This document shows, piece by piece, positions 38,107 through 50,796 of a stretch of DNA of 64,000 bases (position 1 is the stretch's first letter; each line of letters begins with the position of its first letter). A program made the translations under genes and the position numbers. Source of the DNA: Lytechinus pictus (taxonomy: Eukaryota); assembly GCF_037042905.1 (NCBI RefSeq), contig NC_087263.1, forward strand, positions 11,782,001 to 11,846,000, given 5' to 3'. The notes below the pieces were generated by a model that did not search any database, had not been told where the DNA came from, and saw nothing but the letters and a program-made list of their open reading frames with translations.

Positions 38107-39714
38107 TTAAGTAACATACAAATGTGGTTCTGCATAACTGTGAAAGGAAATGAGGATTTACATATATAGTATGGAAATACATAGATTTTCTCTTTTTTTT
38201 TTCTTTTTGATATACTGCATTATATTTCATGGCATTACTTTTCTGGGGGAGGGATGACTTAAAATATATTCATGATATCAATATATCTGTACATGCTATT
38301 TCTGTCGCTTTCTTTGCAATGACATTAAACAAATTACAAGATAACAATTTCTAAATGATAATCAATTAAAGCTAACTTTTGGAAGAGTGCTATTAAGTTT
38401 GATCATTCAAAATATATTGTTTCCCTTGGGTTCTAAATATGCATACTACATATTGCATTATCCGGTATGAACAGTACAGTTATTACATTTTACAGAAGAG
38501 AATGCTTGTAACAATGTCTTGGTGTCACACTCTGTTTGATGCATATTATTTGCTACTTTGGCTATGAAGCACTTTTAATACCATGCACTTTCAAATAACA
38601 TTGGTAAAGGCCCATGATGCACAAATAAATTTCAAAGTATAGAAAGCATATGAAAGTAATATTTTATCACAAACAAAAAGGAAACACTTGATTCAAGAGA
38701 GTCCATGTAACATTATGTTTACTATGTTTACATCCAGTTGAAGACTCAAAACATGAAAATTATGGGATGTTTTATAGATTATCCATAGAGGTTAATAGTT
38801 TTCGGAAACCAGATGTCAGGAATGAATTCCTGAGAGGGGAGGAACAAGCAGGGGGTTATAAATCTCGAGATCTGTTCAAATGTGAGCCTCATGAATGAAA
38901 TTTGCAATAAATTCTTGTTGGAAGTCAAAACATTCTGTTGTAACTTATTTGCAATAAAAACAAATTGTGCAAATCAAGGGAAATGTTGATATGTAACGAC
39001 GACGACTGAAATTTGGCTGGTAGCTTCAGACCAGATTCTTTTTTCTTCACATATTTATCATACAAAATGGTAAACTGGGGGAGAACAAAATAATACATAG
39101 AACTGCAGTAGTTTGAGAGATGAAATAAAGGATTCTAGGATGAAAAAAAAGTAATTTCAACTTTCTGTCATAGCCATGGATTTATCTATGATTTCGGGTA
39201 AAAAAGGGTTTTCAATGAAATACGCTGTATTTTCATTGAAAAAAACCAATATATCTGCTAAATGAAGGAACATTCGGCACCACTGTAAAGCATTTGACTA
39301 CAGATGAACAAGATATGAACTGAAACCCTAGCACAATTTGTCCATGGTAGGCAAACTTATAAATGGCCTGCAAGTCGGCCTGGAAATATAGTTCTAAACA
39401 AGTTTGTATTGTTGTAAAAATACACATAGGATGGTCATCATCTCAAAAAGAAATACATGTAACTAGCAAGTTTTAATGTTTCACCCTCAAATAAATGGTC
39501 TTGCTGTTTACTTTGTGGGCTTAGCTATTAAACTGAATATTTGGTACTTAGAAAGACAGCTATTATCGTAATTTTAGTTTTACGTATAAAAAAAAATTTG
39601 CTGACTCATTTTCTTCAAGTTATGCGGTTGATAACAGCTGAACAGCTTACATAGAGTTTACCTTGTTGGCCCGACACTAAAACACAGTAGAGTAGTCCAT
39701 GAATCACATACAAC

Positions 39715-39739
39715 TTATTCCTCATGGTCTATCAAATTT
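39715..39739 (-). CDS. Probable terminal coding exon of the same gene (R-NLIDHEE*)
   Basis: Strong acceptor tttctcttttcctatttttaacag|. Phase 2 matches the upstream exon, giving ...LEKRLRNLIDHEE-TAA. Confidence 0.6.
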
Positions 39740-39999
39740 CTGTTAAAAATAGGAAAAGAGAAAATACATAAAAATATATTCATATGCCACACATGTTGTA
39801 CATATCCTATAAAATAGACCCCGTTATGCATCCCTTAATAGTAAAAACAAGTTATTCATTGCATTTATAAAATGAAGCCTTCCGAAATTAAGTCATTATT
39901 TTTCTAACCGCACTTAAAAAAAAAAAAACTGAACATGGGCGTACCTCATTTTTTTATTAATGTGGGTCTGTTAATGCATTTTTATATTATCTTATGAAA

Positions 40000-40480
40000 T
40001 TCTTAAAGAAAAACAAGTTCTGAGAGTAATATATAATTCCATTGTTATTTCATATTTGTATTGTGTGGGGGAAATGCTTCTTCATACCAGTTGGACAAGG
40101 TCATAAAATTAGAAAAACGTGCACTACAAATTTTGAATCATTCATCTATTCTTGCCCACAGTGGCCCTATTTTTCACTCCCTTAAAATTCTACCTTTTAA
40201 TGATCTGTATTTACAGTATTTCAAGTTGGAATATCTATATATTTATGTGACCATGACCTCCTTCTACATCTCTTTTCCAATTGCTTACATTCAATTATCA
40301 GGTTCAAGGGTATAAAAAAAGATTTATGGATAGTTTTCATTTACTACGTGTCCAAACAACTTTATTTAAAAAATCTATAATCTACCGGGTCCATTTATAT
40401 GGAACTCCCTCCCTTAGGAAATCAAAAAATCTAAACCATTAAATACTTTCAAAAATAGGTATTGTAAATTGAATTATAAT
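40000..40480 (+). mobile_element. Decayed L2/CR1-type LINE ORF2 C-terminal fragment
   Basis: GNAS..QLDKVIKLEKRALQILNHS..AHSGPIFHSLKILPFNDLY, then GPFIWNSLP-like remnant. Confidence 0.75.
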
Positions 40481-40859
40481 ATGCATGTTCCTACCTAAAA
40501 TGTCCAAACTGTGTTATAATGAAATTAAACTTGAGGGGAAACATAATTTCCATTTCTCATTCCTAATGATCTGGGCATCTCCAAACATTGACAAAATAAT
40601 TGCATGATTATTCAATTCATCAACTTGGACTGCAGTCTTCACAAGTTGTCAATTTATCATGCCTTCAAGCACATGTTTTATAGTTAACAAGAGAGAAATG
40701 AATATTGTATGAAATCAATGAATAGAACATATTTCACTGTCGTATCAATGTATGGAAAAGGAAAGATTGCCGTTGGATCTACAAGTATATGTGGACTCCC
40801 ATATATGAAGTATCTAAACGATCAAACTGATATCATTCAGTAAAAAATATGAGGTATAC

Positions 40860-42870
40860 TTCAAGAAAAGAGGCAGAGTAGGCAGATGACTATGGAAGAG
40901 ATGAAGAAGAAGAAGGGGATGAAAACAAAGAAGAAGAGGAAGAATCTTTGAAGGAGAAAAAGAATGAACTTTGGAGAAAAAAAAGAATAACAGAAAAAGA
41001 AGGAGGAGGAGAAGAAGAAGGAAGAAGACAACAAGTAGGAAAACATAAAGAATGAAAATGAGGAGACAAAGGAGAACTAGCACATCAATGATGTGGAGCT
41101 CATCCGGCATCTCACAATGAAATTTAACACAATTTTAATTTCAGCCCAGTTGACACTGTAGTGAATTATATTGGTGACATAAATTGAGGATATATAATTG
41201 AAATTGATGAAGAAATGACATAGAAGCATTTTTTGTGATCTATGAATAAATTTCATATACATGTAAAGTAAGCATAAATAATTTTCTAGTCAAAATTTCT
41301 TAACTCTGTGTAGAACCTTGGTGAACCTCATGTAGCTCTCAGATGGAACAAAAATAATCAAAATCAATAAACAAATAAATGAGTAATTTTTGTGAGTTTT
41401 GAAAATATATGAATAAATTAGCGTATTTAATGAGTTTCAAAATTCTGCGTCGAAATTTTGTATCACCACCTCGAGCTACATGTATCATATAAAGCAAACA
41501 AAATTGAAATTGATCAACAAATGAAGAAGAAAAAACATTTTTTGTGATTTATGAATAAATTTTGCATAAATTAGCATAAATAATTTTCTAGAAAAAATTT
41601 CAAAATTTTGTGTACAAGTTTGGTGAACCTCATGCAGCTCTACCAGATAGAAGAAAAAAAAATCAAAATTTGTTGACAAATAAAGAAGAAGAGGCATTTT
41701 CTGTGATTTATGAATAAATTTTGCATGAATTAGCATAAATAATTTTCTATTGAAAATTTCAAAATTCTGTGTAGAGGTTTGGTGAACCTCATGAAGTTCT
41801 ACCAGATGGAAGAAAAAAAATCAATATCGGTCAACAATTAAAGAAGAAAAAGCATTTTATGTGAATTTTAAAAATACGCATAAATTAGCATAAAAATTGT
41901 TCTAGTCAAAATATCAAAATTCTGTGTAAAAGTTTGGTGAACCTCATGAAGCTCTACCAGATGGAAGAAAGAAAATCAAAATCGGTCAACAAATAAAGGA
42001 GCATTTTATGTGAATTTTTAAAAATATGCATAAATTAATTTTGCATAAATTAGCATAAAAATTGTTCTGGTCAAAATTTCAAAATTCTGTGTAGAAGTTT
42101 GGTGAATTTCATGAAGCTATACCAGATGGAAGCAAAAATTTCAAAATCGGTCGACAAATAAAGAAGCATTTTTTGTGAATTTTGAAAAATGCGCATAAAT
42201 TAGCATATTTAATGAATTTTAAAATTCTGTGTAGAAGTTTTGAATCCCCCACCTAGTGCTATCATATAAAGCACACAGATTGAAATCGGACTTGAAATGG
42301 CGAAGAAGAAGCATTTTGAAATTGTGGACGGACGACAGACGACGGACGCCACTCCACGGCATAAGCTCATTTGGCCCTTCGGGCCGGATGAGCTAAAAAG
42401 TAGAACATGAAGACGAAGAAGGAAGGGAAGAAAAAGATAAAGATGGTGATGATAATGATGATGATGAAGATGATGAAAAAGGAAAGAAAAAGAATGATCT
42501 TTGAAGAAGAAAAGAAAAACAAGAATAAAAAGAAAAACAAGAAAAATAAGGAGAAGTAGAACATGAGGATGAAGAAGAAGCACAAAAATGAGAATGAATA
42601 GAAGAGAAGAAGAAGTAGAACATGAAGATGAAGAAGGAGCACAAATAGAAGAGAGAAACTGAGAAAAGAAGGGAAAAAAAGAGGAGAAAAAAGAAGATAA
42701 AGAAGGAGAATAAGATGATGAAAAAGACTACAAGTAAATAAAAGATGAAAAAGTAAAAGGGAAGGAGTGGAGTGGAGGGGGAAGGGAGAGAGAATAAACT
42801 GAAAATCAAAGAGAGTATACAAGTATAATGCAAGAGAGTGAAGAAAAATAGGCAGAAAAAAAAACATAGA
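40860..42870 (+). repeat. Purine-rich (GAA) low-complexity tract split by the HINE-like insertion; a similar tract lies at 43660-44010
   Basis: Direct inspection. Confidence 0.85.
41075..42399 (-). mobile_element. Helentron/HINE-like element with ~7 internal ~155-bp tandem units
   Basis: Minus strand: ttttt-agctcatccggc, 5' hairpin, (GTCC/GTCT) microsatellite, tandem array, gccggatgagct, hairpin cacatcattgatgtg, CTAGtt. Confidence 0.85.
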
Positions 42871-44985
42871 ATGTTTGTAGATAACTCTAGTCACAAGGCT
42901 AATAGTAATACAATATTATTATTTAAGAAATAAAATGAGTGTCCCCAGCCCCCCCCCCCCCCAAAAAAAAAGGAAAATCAAAACATTGGAGAACAAATCC
43001 TAAATGCAGTAATTCATCATTTCCCCCTTTTTGTTCTTGGAGGGGGGGGGGGCAGAGAAGAAGGAAATCAAAATAAACATGATATTTCTCCAAACCTCCT
43101 GTTTTCCAGATTTATAATTGACATTAGGCCTACATAAATGGCACTCTCTAACCAAAATCAATAAACAGTCATATTTCGCTTTCGCGTAAAAGCAGATTTG
43201 GTAGTTATTCATGGCCTCAAGTATCCACGTTAAAAGTGGAACTTGAAAGCAGTTGAGGGCCTGTTATGTGCGTCATGCCTGCTAGCTAGATCTCATTAAC
43301 ACTTAATTCTGAGCAAAAACCCAAGCTTTATGTACAATGCTAATGTATAGGCCTCAGACAAGATCCTTGTTTTCGGAAACTTCCTATGAAAGGCATCATA
43401 ATTCTACCACCTATCAGTTACCTATACATGAAAAAAAAACAGAAGTACATAATTATTTTATTAGTCCTGCACTTTGTCCTAAAAAAAAACAGTAACCTGG
43501 GCTTATTGTCATTGTTTGTAACTTCCCTTTGTTTTGTTTTGAATAAAGGTGATATTAAAAAAAATACATGAGGTACATAACACAAACAAGAGCTTTGAGT
43601 TTGAGCTCATGGTAGACCATATTTCATTTTTTTAATATAAAACCTACATATATCCACGCTTAGAAAAAAAAGGAAGAATCAAGACATCAAAAAATTTAAG
43701 AAAAAAGGAAGATTGGAAGGGAAAAGAGAATGAAGACAGGAAGAAGATGATGAAAATGAAAATAGGGACGGGTGGATGACAAGGGAAAGAGGAGGAAAAG
43801 GAGAAGAAAGAAGAAGACGACGAAAGAACAAGGAGAAGAGGAAAAAGAAAGCAAAGGAATGAAGAAGAAGAAAAAGAATCAGTAGAAGAAGAAGAAGGAA
43901 GAAGAAGAGGAAGAAGGAGGAGGGGAAGAGGAAAAAGAAAGCAAATGAATGAAAAAGAGGACAAAAATATGAGGAAAAGGAAGATGGAATATGGAGGAAG
44001 GGAGGATGTGTACCTCACCCATTACCTAATCGGGTATGCGTTAAAAAACAAAGACTTTATTAAATAAAAGATAGAATTCAATTATTATTAATGAATGGGG
44101 ATTCATCACAAGAATATTGTGCATCTTGTATTATGGCAAGCAAGATGAACGCAAATAATCATACTCCTGAACTGAATACAGAGTAGATTGGATTTTTTCC
44201 CCTTGCTCAGTAGTACTTGAGCACTTCATTATCATTCAAAAAGTTGTCAGATCTGACAGCTTTCCTTGAATTTGATTGGCTGAGAAGCACTGTTACTATG
44301 GTAACTGTCAGAAAAACAGGACTGCCAGACAGAAAATGTCCGACAGGTCCTTTTATGATGCAGGGAAAAGATTATATGGGATGGGGGATCAGGGATATTT
44401 TGCTCCCAAAATGCTCACAAAAGCCCTGGAACATCCCCGTTCACTGAAAAGCTAAAGCTTATCTAAAATGGTGCAGATTAAGGCTGCAGTAAATTGTAAA
44501 AAGCTGGCCTTAAAAAAGGGGAAAAAATGAGATCCAATGTTAATATTCAAGATGTCTACTTCACTTTAATTGTTTTCAATTTCACTCATGTTTCTTCAAA
44601 TAAACTCAACATATCTGGGTTCCCACCAGCACAAGCAATACATATGAGGGCAAAGGGAAATTCTTGACAGCCCAAATCGCCCCTAAAATTCCTGAAATTG
44701 GATGCTTTGGGGCGACGACCATCTTTTCTAAAGATCTGCCACAAACAATTTTCAAGAAAGTTCAGAAAATCATTTTCTTCAGACAGTATAGTCCAAAAGT
44801 AATGAGAAAAGATTTTACAGCATTATTGCTCGTTGCACAAAAAGTAGCCCTTGGAGTGAAAAACAAAATTAGCCCCCCAAATTCCATAACTGCCCAAATG
44901 TGGATAAAAAAAATAGCCCCTAAGAAATAAAATTGATTCCTACCCTAGATCCCACTTTAGAAAAAAAGACTGGTAATGAACTCAC

Positions 44986-45135
44986 CTTAACCTCTTCTCT
45001 AGTGCATTGAGTGGTTGCTTACTGACGAAACGTGAGAAATGGTCCAGCACAAGAGGGAACTTGCCTAAGGGTCTAGCGATGGCGGTGTCACTTACAACGC
45101 AGATTGCTTGGGCAAAGAGATGTACGCATTCCATC
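44986..45135 (-). CDS. Penultimate coding exon of an unidentified gene (MECVHLFAQAICVVSDTAIARPLGKFPLVLDHFSRFVSKQPLNALEKRL)
   Basis: 150-bp phase 2/2 exon with acceptor ctctacctttag| and consensus donor AAG|gtgagt. Only one frame is open and GC is higher than in the flanks. Confidence 0.8.
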
Positions 45136-45561
45136 CTAAAGGTAGAGTGTGAGGGAGATAAAAAAACAAAGAATGCATAATTTCATGTCTAATATCACTT
45201 TTCATATTACGATCTCAAACTTGAGTTCAAACAAAATCCAATAAAATGACCACCCAAGTGTTTGTATTTATGAATGTGGCAAATGCCTCTAGGAAAATAA
45301 GCACAGAATTCCATGAAATGTCAGGTATTTTTCCAAGCAATATCAATTCACAATCCCACATCTGCCTTTTTCTGTTAGTGATCAGCTAAGATTCCATGAT
45401 TTCACAAAGATAATTTTTTATGATGTACCAGATCTAGCTCTATAACAATATGGTGGCAATTAACCTTGATTTTAATACAGACTTTCTCATGAAATAATTG
45501 TTTTCTGTTGCTACTTTCTTTTACCTTAAAGAATGAGGATGAAAAAAACTCGAGATCTTAA

Positions 45562-45960
45562 AGCTAAATGAACGTAGTTGCAGTAAAACATTGATTTCGT
45601 GAGAAAGTCTGTAAAACCAAGGTAAAGTATTGATATATCATCGTGGATCTAGATCTGGTACAGTTACATAAAGATAAACTGAACTTAGTGAAATCATAAT
45701 ATCTAGCTAAAAAACGATCACACTGAAGATCGCCAACACAGATAGGCACACGTGGGACAGTGTATTATTATTGCTGGAATAAAGGCCGACGGAAGTGACC
45801 GAATCCGCGCTTATTTTGCTTATTTCTCAGCAATTACACAATTTCTTCCAGAGTCCTTTGGCTCATATTTTTTATTCATACAAACAGACACTTTGGTGAT
45901 CATTATATTAAATTCTGTAAAAAGTCATTTTGAGATCGTTCTCACAACTGGAATTTATCT
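45562..45960. mobile_element. Kolobok-like non-autonomous element (TTAA TSD)
   Basis: ttaa|agctaaatgaacgtagttg ... caactggaatttatct|ttaa. Inverted copy at 62830-63203. Confidence 0.85.
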
Positions 45961-47040
45961 TTAATATTGATAGGCAAAGTGAATATACAGAAACCTGATA
46001 AAAAGCAACACTGTAATTTATATATGGTACTGCATGAAAATGTAAGGTACCTACAATTTGTTTGTTCACCATTGTACACACATTACACAAAAAAGGTAAA
46101 ACTGGTGAGTATGACCCTTACCCACGGCTCCACACTAAACCTTTTTTCTTCTGGTCCGACATGATCAGGTTGGACCAGTAGATACGCAGTTTTTCTATTT
46201 TTATTTTTATTGGTCTCAAAAGTAAAGAAAAACAACAAAACAGGCTTGAGTTTATTCTGCTGCCTTTTATTGCTTATTGTTACCCCCCCCCCCTCCAAAA
46301 AAAGTACACACACACAACATAATTCATGAGAGCCAGTTTTTGAGATGACAGAGCCATTTCTTATAACTTACAAAAGAGACAAAAATGTCATTTGTATCAG
46401 TTTGATATATATTTTTTTAAGGGTCATGTCAGACCAGTAAATCAGGCTATATCTGAAAAGTTACTGGCCCGACAGCAATTTTTACTGGTCTGGGACTATC
46501 GGGCCAATGCCAGTGTCGCGAGCTGCGTGGCCAATGAACTTTTGGTTGAAATTGTATAGGTATAGTGTTCTGCTCATTTAGGGTCCAGATACACACTGGT
46601 GAGATATATATTTTGTTACATTTGGTATATGGAAATCTATTATTTTGTATGTTACACAGTAGTGTGGTAAGTTTAACGGTACACCATGTATTTTTCATGG
46701 GCAAGTGTTGGTCTTGAAAAGGACCACCCAAACTCTATGTAATCTTTATTTCTTATATATTTCTATTTTTTTGCTTCATAATGTATGTTGTTAAATTTAT
46801 TGAAAAATTATTAAGGAATGTGCAAATTTGGTTGAATTTCAAACGAGTGATAGAAATAAATTATCTTCAAAAATCGATAAATTTTGACAGAGCACATCTG
46901 AAATACTGCCTAGTGCTATCTTAGGGAGATATGAACATATACATGTACTTTGCATTTGACATACTGTAAGTTTTTAAAATGGGTTTTCCACAAAGCATCA
47001 CTCTGAAGAATAAATGCGAGAGAAATGATTTTTGTAATAA

Positions 47041-47265
47041 GGGCGCTGTGGTCTAGTGTTATGACTCGTCTTTCAATCTGAGGGACGTGGGTTCGATTCC
47101 CAGCCACGATGTGATTTCCTTCAGCAAGAAATTTACCCACATTGGGCTGCACTCAACCCAGGCGAGGTGAATGGGTACCCAAAGGGAAAAAATTTCTGGA
47201 ATGCCAAAGCACCTTTAGGCTATAGCCAGGGTAATAATCATAACATTATTGTAATAAGCAGTTGA
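47041..47265 (+). mobile_element. tRNA-derived SINE
   Basis: A box tggtctagtg, B box ggttcgattcc (47090-47100), core actcaacccagg...aatgggtacc. Confidence 0.8.
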
Positions 47266-50200
47266 GTATAATATTGGGCAATACTCAAACTTTCCTCCAA
47301 AATCGCATTGTTTCATTCAAGTGCATTTTTTTATTATGTTTGACATCCTACACCCATAGAAGTATATATATTCTGAAAGGAAATTGTCTGAACAATTCAA
47401 AAATACAATCAGAAAAGGCATAGGGTAAAGTATTGAAATTTAAAGGTCAAAATATGTGGAAAAATGTGAAAAAAATATACTTCCCAATAAATATTAGAAT
47501 CAGAAAAACTTTACACCATGTAGGAAAATAACAAGCACATTTCAACTTTTTAGAGTGAGACCTTTCCAATGATATATAAATTGTTAGGGATAACTCTTAC
47601 CAAAATAATATTGCGCAATCATCTATTAAGACAAAATTTCACATCACAATTTTTGGGGTAAATATGTAACAATGCCTGATTTACCCCCAAAATATTATGT
47701 AGTCTTGCCTTTAGTTGCATGAATATACTCTGCAAACACTAACCAGTATATTATAATATATTTACTGTGGTTATCATGAATATAAAATGATTTCATTTGA
47801 CTCAAATCGTGGGATTTGTCATCTCTTGGCTCAAAGACCGGTGGACCAAAGGTTGACAACTGAGAGTCAGGTTTAACCATGGTTTAACATTATAAACATG
47901 GGAAAAATATGAATGCACAGTGAAAACTTCTTATAACTGCTTCAGCTTAAACTTAGTGTGAAGTTGGCAAAACTCGTTTATGCATGCACAGTTATCTCTT
48001 TTGTCATAGTTGTTTCTTATTCACAATGATTAACACTGTGGTAAATCGGCAAACCTCTTTTTTGTAATAGGGTTTCTAAAATGAAGCACTTCTTTTAATA
48101 TACAGGTACAGCCTGGATGTGCACATTCTGTTCTGTATCAACATCTCTCTCTTTGCAACATAATACACGTGCACGTACAGGTAGGGTCTTCATGGCAACT
48201 CTGTAAACACCGCAATTTGAGGTTTACATGTAAGAGTACATCCGAACAAGATGTTGAAAGCGTGAAGATAAACACTTGGGATGTTGAAGATGCCTAAACG
48301 TCAAGATAAACACCCCGACAACGGGGGTAAACTGATCGATTCTTCTCCAAATCGTTGCGATGCTGTGATTGGACGGGATGTGGGGGAATATGTCAAAACT
48401 GTCCCAGAGATGAACTAGCTAAAATTAGTTGTCTTTCTACTTTCAAATTGCCAAAGTAGGATGACTTGTGCTCCCAGATGTATTCTCTTTTGTTGGGATA
48501 GAAATTGAAAGTGAGTGGCACTTTAGTTGATGCCTGTATAAATAGCTGCGTAAGAGCAGACAGACTTGGGTGATCTGAAAGAGAGAGAGAAGGTGAGAGA
48601 GGGAGAGAAAGAGAAAGAAGGGGGGAGAGAAGAGGGAGCAAGAGAATGATAAAGACTAATTGAAGCATTACAAGAAACTTCCGATCATTTGCCATCAATG
48701 TCGCATCCCAGAATCAATCAACTGTCTTGCAATGGATTGCAGATTCGCACTCAACTGTTGGACCCCGTCTTGCAAAGAGTTAAGATTGATCCAATCAACC
48801 ACAACTATGGAAAGCCAGCCATGCCAACATTTCAAATGCATGATGTTTTTCCAAAATGTTTTTATGGTAATATGGTGTGTACTCATACATTGTACATTCA
48901 TTTTTGTCCTGACAATTCAGTGTTCCTCTTACAACTGACATTTTGAGAATTTCCTATAGGAAAAATTATGACAATAACGGATTTCCATATTGCTGAGTTT
49001 AATTTTTGAAACAAGAAGTATCAAATTGATTTGCTCAATTAAAACAAATGATATATCAATTGTGATTTTTGCAAGGGAAATTTTCAATTGAATCCAAATA
49101 TTTTATTGTAACATCCCATAAGAGAGTACCCCAAAAAATAGGGAAAAGAGAAAAATAGAGATGAGAAGAGGAAGAGGTGACAGGGAGGAGAAAAAAAGGA
49201 ATAAAGAAAAAGGGAAAGACACGGGGAGGAAGAGAGAGAGAGAGAAATCAAGAGGTTGAGCGAGAAACTCTAGAATGAAGAGTGTCATACATTTAAAGGC
49301 ATCCCAAATGACTCTGACAATGCTACAGAAATAGTTTTAGAAAAGAGAGCATCGTATTGGCAATGTTCAAATATCAATTGGACACATTCAGTTCAGTAAA
49401 TACCAAAAGAATCATCTATTTGATGTATCACCATCACTGAAGGCCAACTAAGTTTCCCCAATGTTTCTCGAAATATCTAGAAGTACAGTGTTCCAGTTTT
49501 TGTTGATCTTATCTCACATGGTACATTACAGAAGAAGACGAATGTACCCCTAGAAATTTGACACCATTTACATGTCCCAGTGAAGTACAAGTATTCCTGA
49601 AATCATAATAATTACACTCTAATTAAGTCGTGCGATTAAGAAACAGAATAAAATCTTTGTTTTAAAATGTAAATTTGGTATTGGAATTAACTGACTAAAG
49701 AAATAAAATGAAATCTTTGTTTTAAAATATTGAGCCAGGAATTATCCATTAACATCTAACTTTTTTTCATTTATTATAATTTTTGTTTTAAATATCTGCA
49801 GTTATTATTTTTAATTGAAACAATGGGTCAAGTTTGAGGAGGAAAGCAGGTTAACCTACATGTACCAAGAAATGCGCACTTCAATACATTAACATAGTCA
49901 TAGTGGATATCAAATTACTCTGAAGAAATTTCTGAATACAAGAAAGTAAAGAACCTTGCATTTTTTCATGAACTGTTTAAGCAGTCAGGTCAAATTCCAT
50001 GACTTTCAACCAAACATTATCCATCTTGTCATTCTCTCAACATTTCCCTCGTCACACTTTCTCTCTTTCACAAACATCTCCATGACTCCAATCCCCCTTT
50101 CCATCAACGTATATTTGCACATTTATTTACAGCTCAATCTTTCGGTCTCTTCACCGTAGACAACTGACTGCAAAGACATCAAAGAACCTTCACTTCCGAT

Positions 50201-50796
50201 CATCCTGCAGAAAACAGATTTCTGACGGCTTAAAACCAAATTATGCTAATTCAGATACCCCATACCACAAATTTTTCCATACAAGAAGTGAAATTTGAAA
50301 ATATAACCCTAATCAAATATAGCACGTTTCATTAAAATGCTAGTTAAAAATGAGAATTGAGCTTTTCTCTAATTCCAAGCTCTCTCTCTCTTTCTCCCCC
50401 ACTATTTCCAAATCTCTCTCCCTCTCTTCCCATCTCTCTCCCTCTCTCTTATCTCCTCTTTCTCATCCCATCTCTCTCACCACCCCACCCCCTTCTCCTC
50501 CTCCTTTCTCCTATGTCATCTCCCTGCATCATCTTTCATTCTCTCCACTAAGTGTATTTACAGAATCAATATCTTCAATCAGGACATTTACACAGCAATC
50601 TTGTAACTTCAACTGTTCATCTGAAACATAATGAATACCAACGCCACGCACATGCTAACACTGAATGATGTAAAAATTTCATTTGTTAGACTTAAAACTA
50701 TTTCCTCCCCTTTTCCAAGATTATTACAATTATCATTATTATTATTACTACTATTATTATTATTATTATTACTATTACTATTATTCATTATTACTA

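Larger units (their letters stand above)
32170..39714 (-). other. Possible long (up to ~7.5 kb) 3' UTR with candidate AATAAA at 32193-32188
   Basis: Follows the inferred stop codon. T-rich on the minus strand and relatively repeat-poor. The end point is a guess and other AATAAA sites exist. Confidence 0.35.

Noticed and set aside
47041..47110. tRNA-like sequence (also 22000-22078 on the minus strand)
   Set aside because: No complete cloverleaf, and it continues into a SINE core and tail.
50127..50196. Possible upstream minus-strand exon (MIGSEGSLMSLQSVVY...) after ttttctgcag
   Set aside because: No donor in the phase required to join the 45135 exon.
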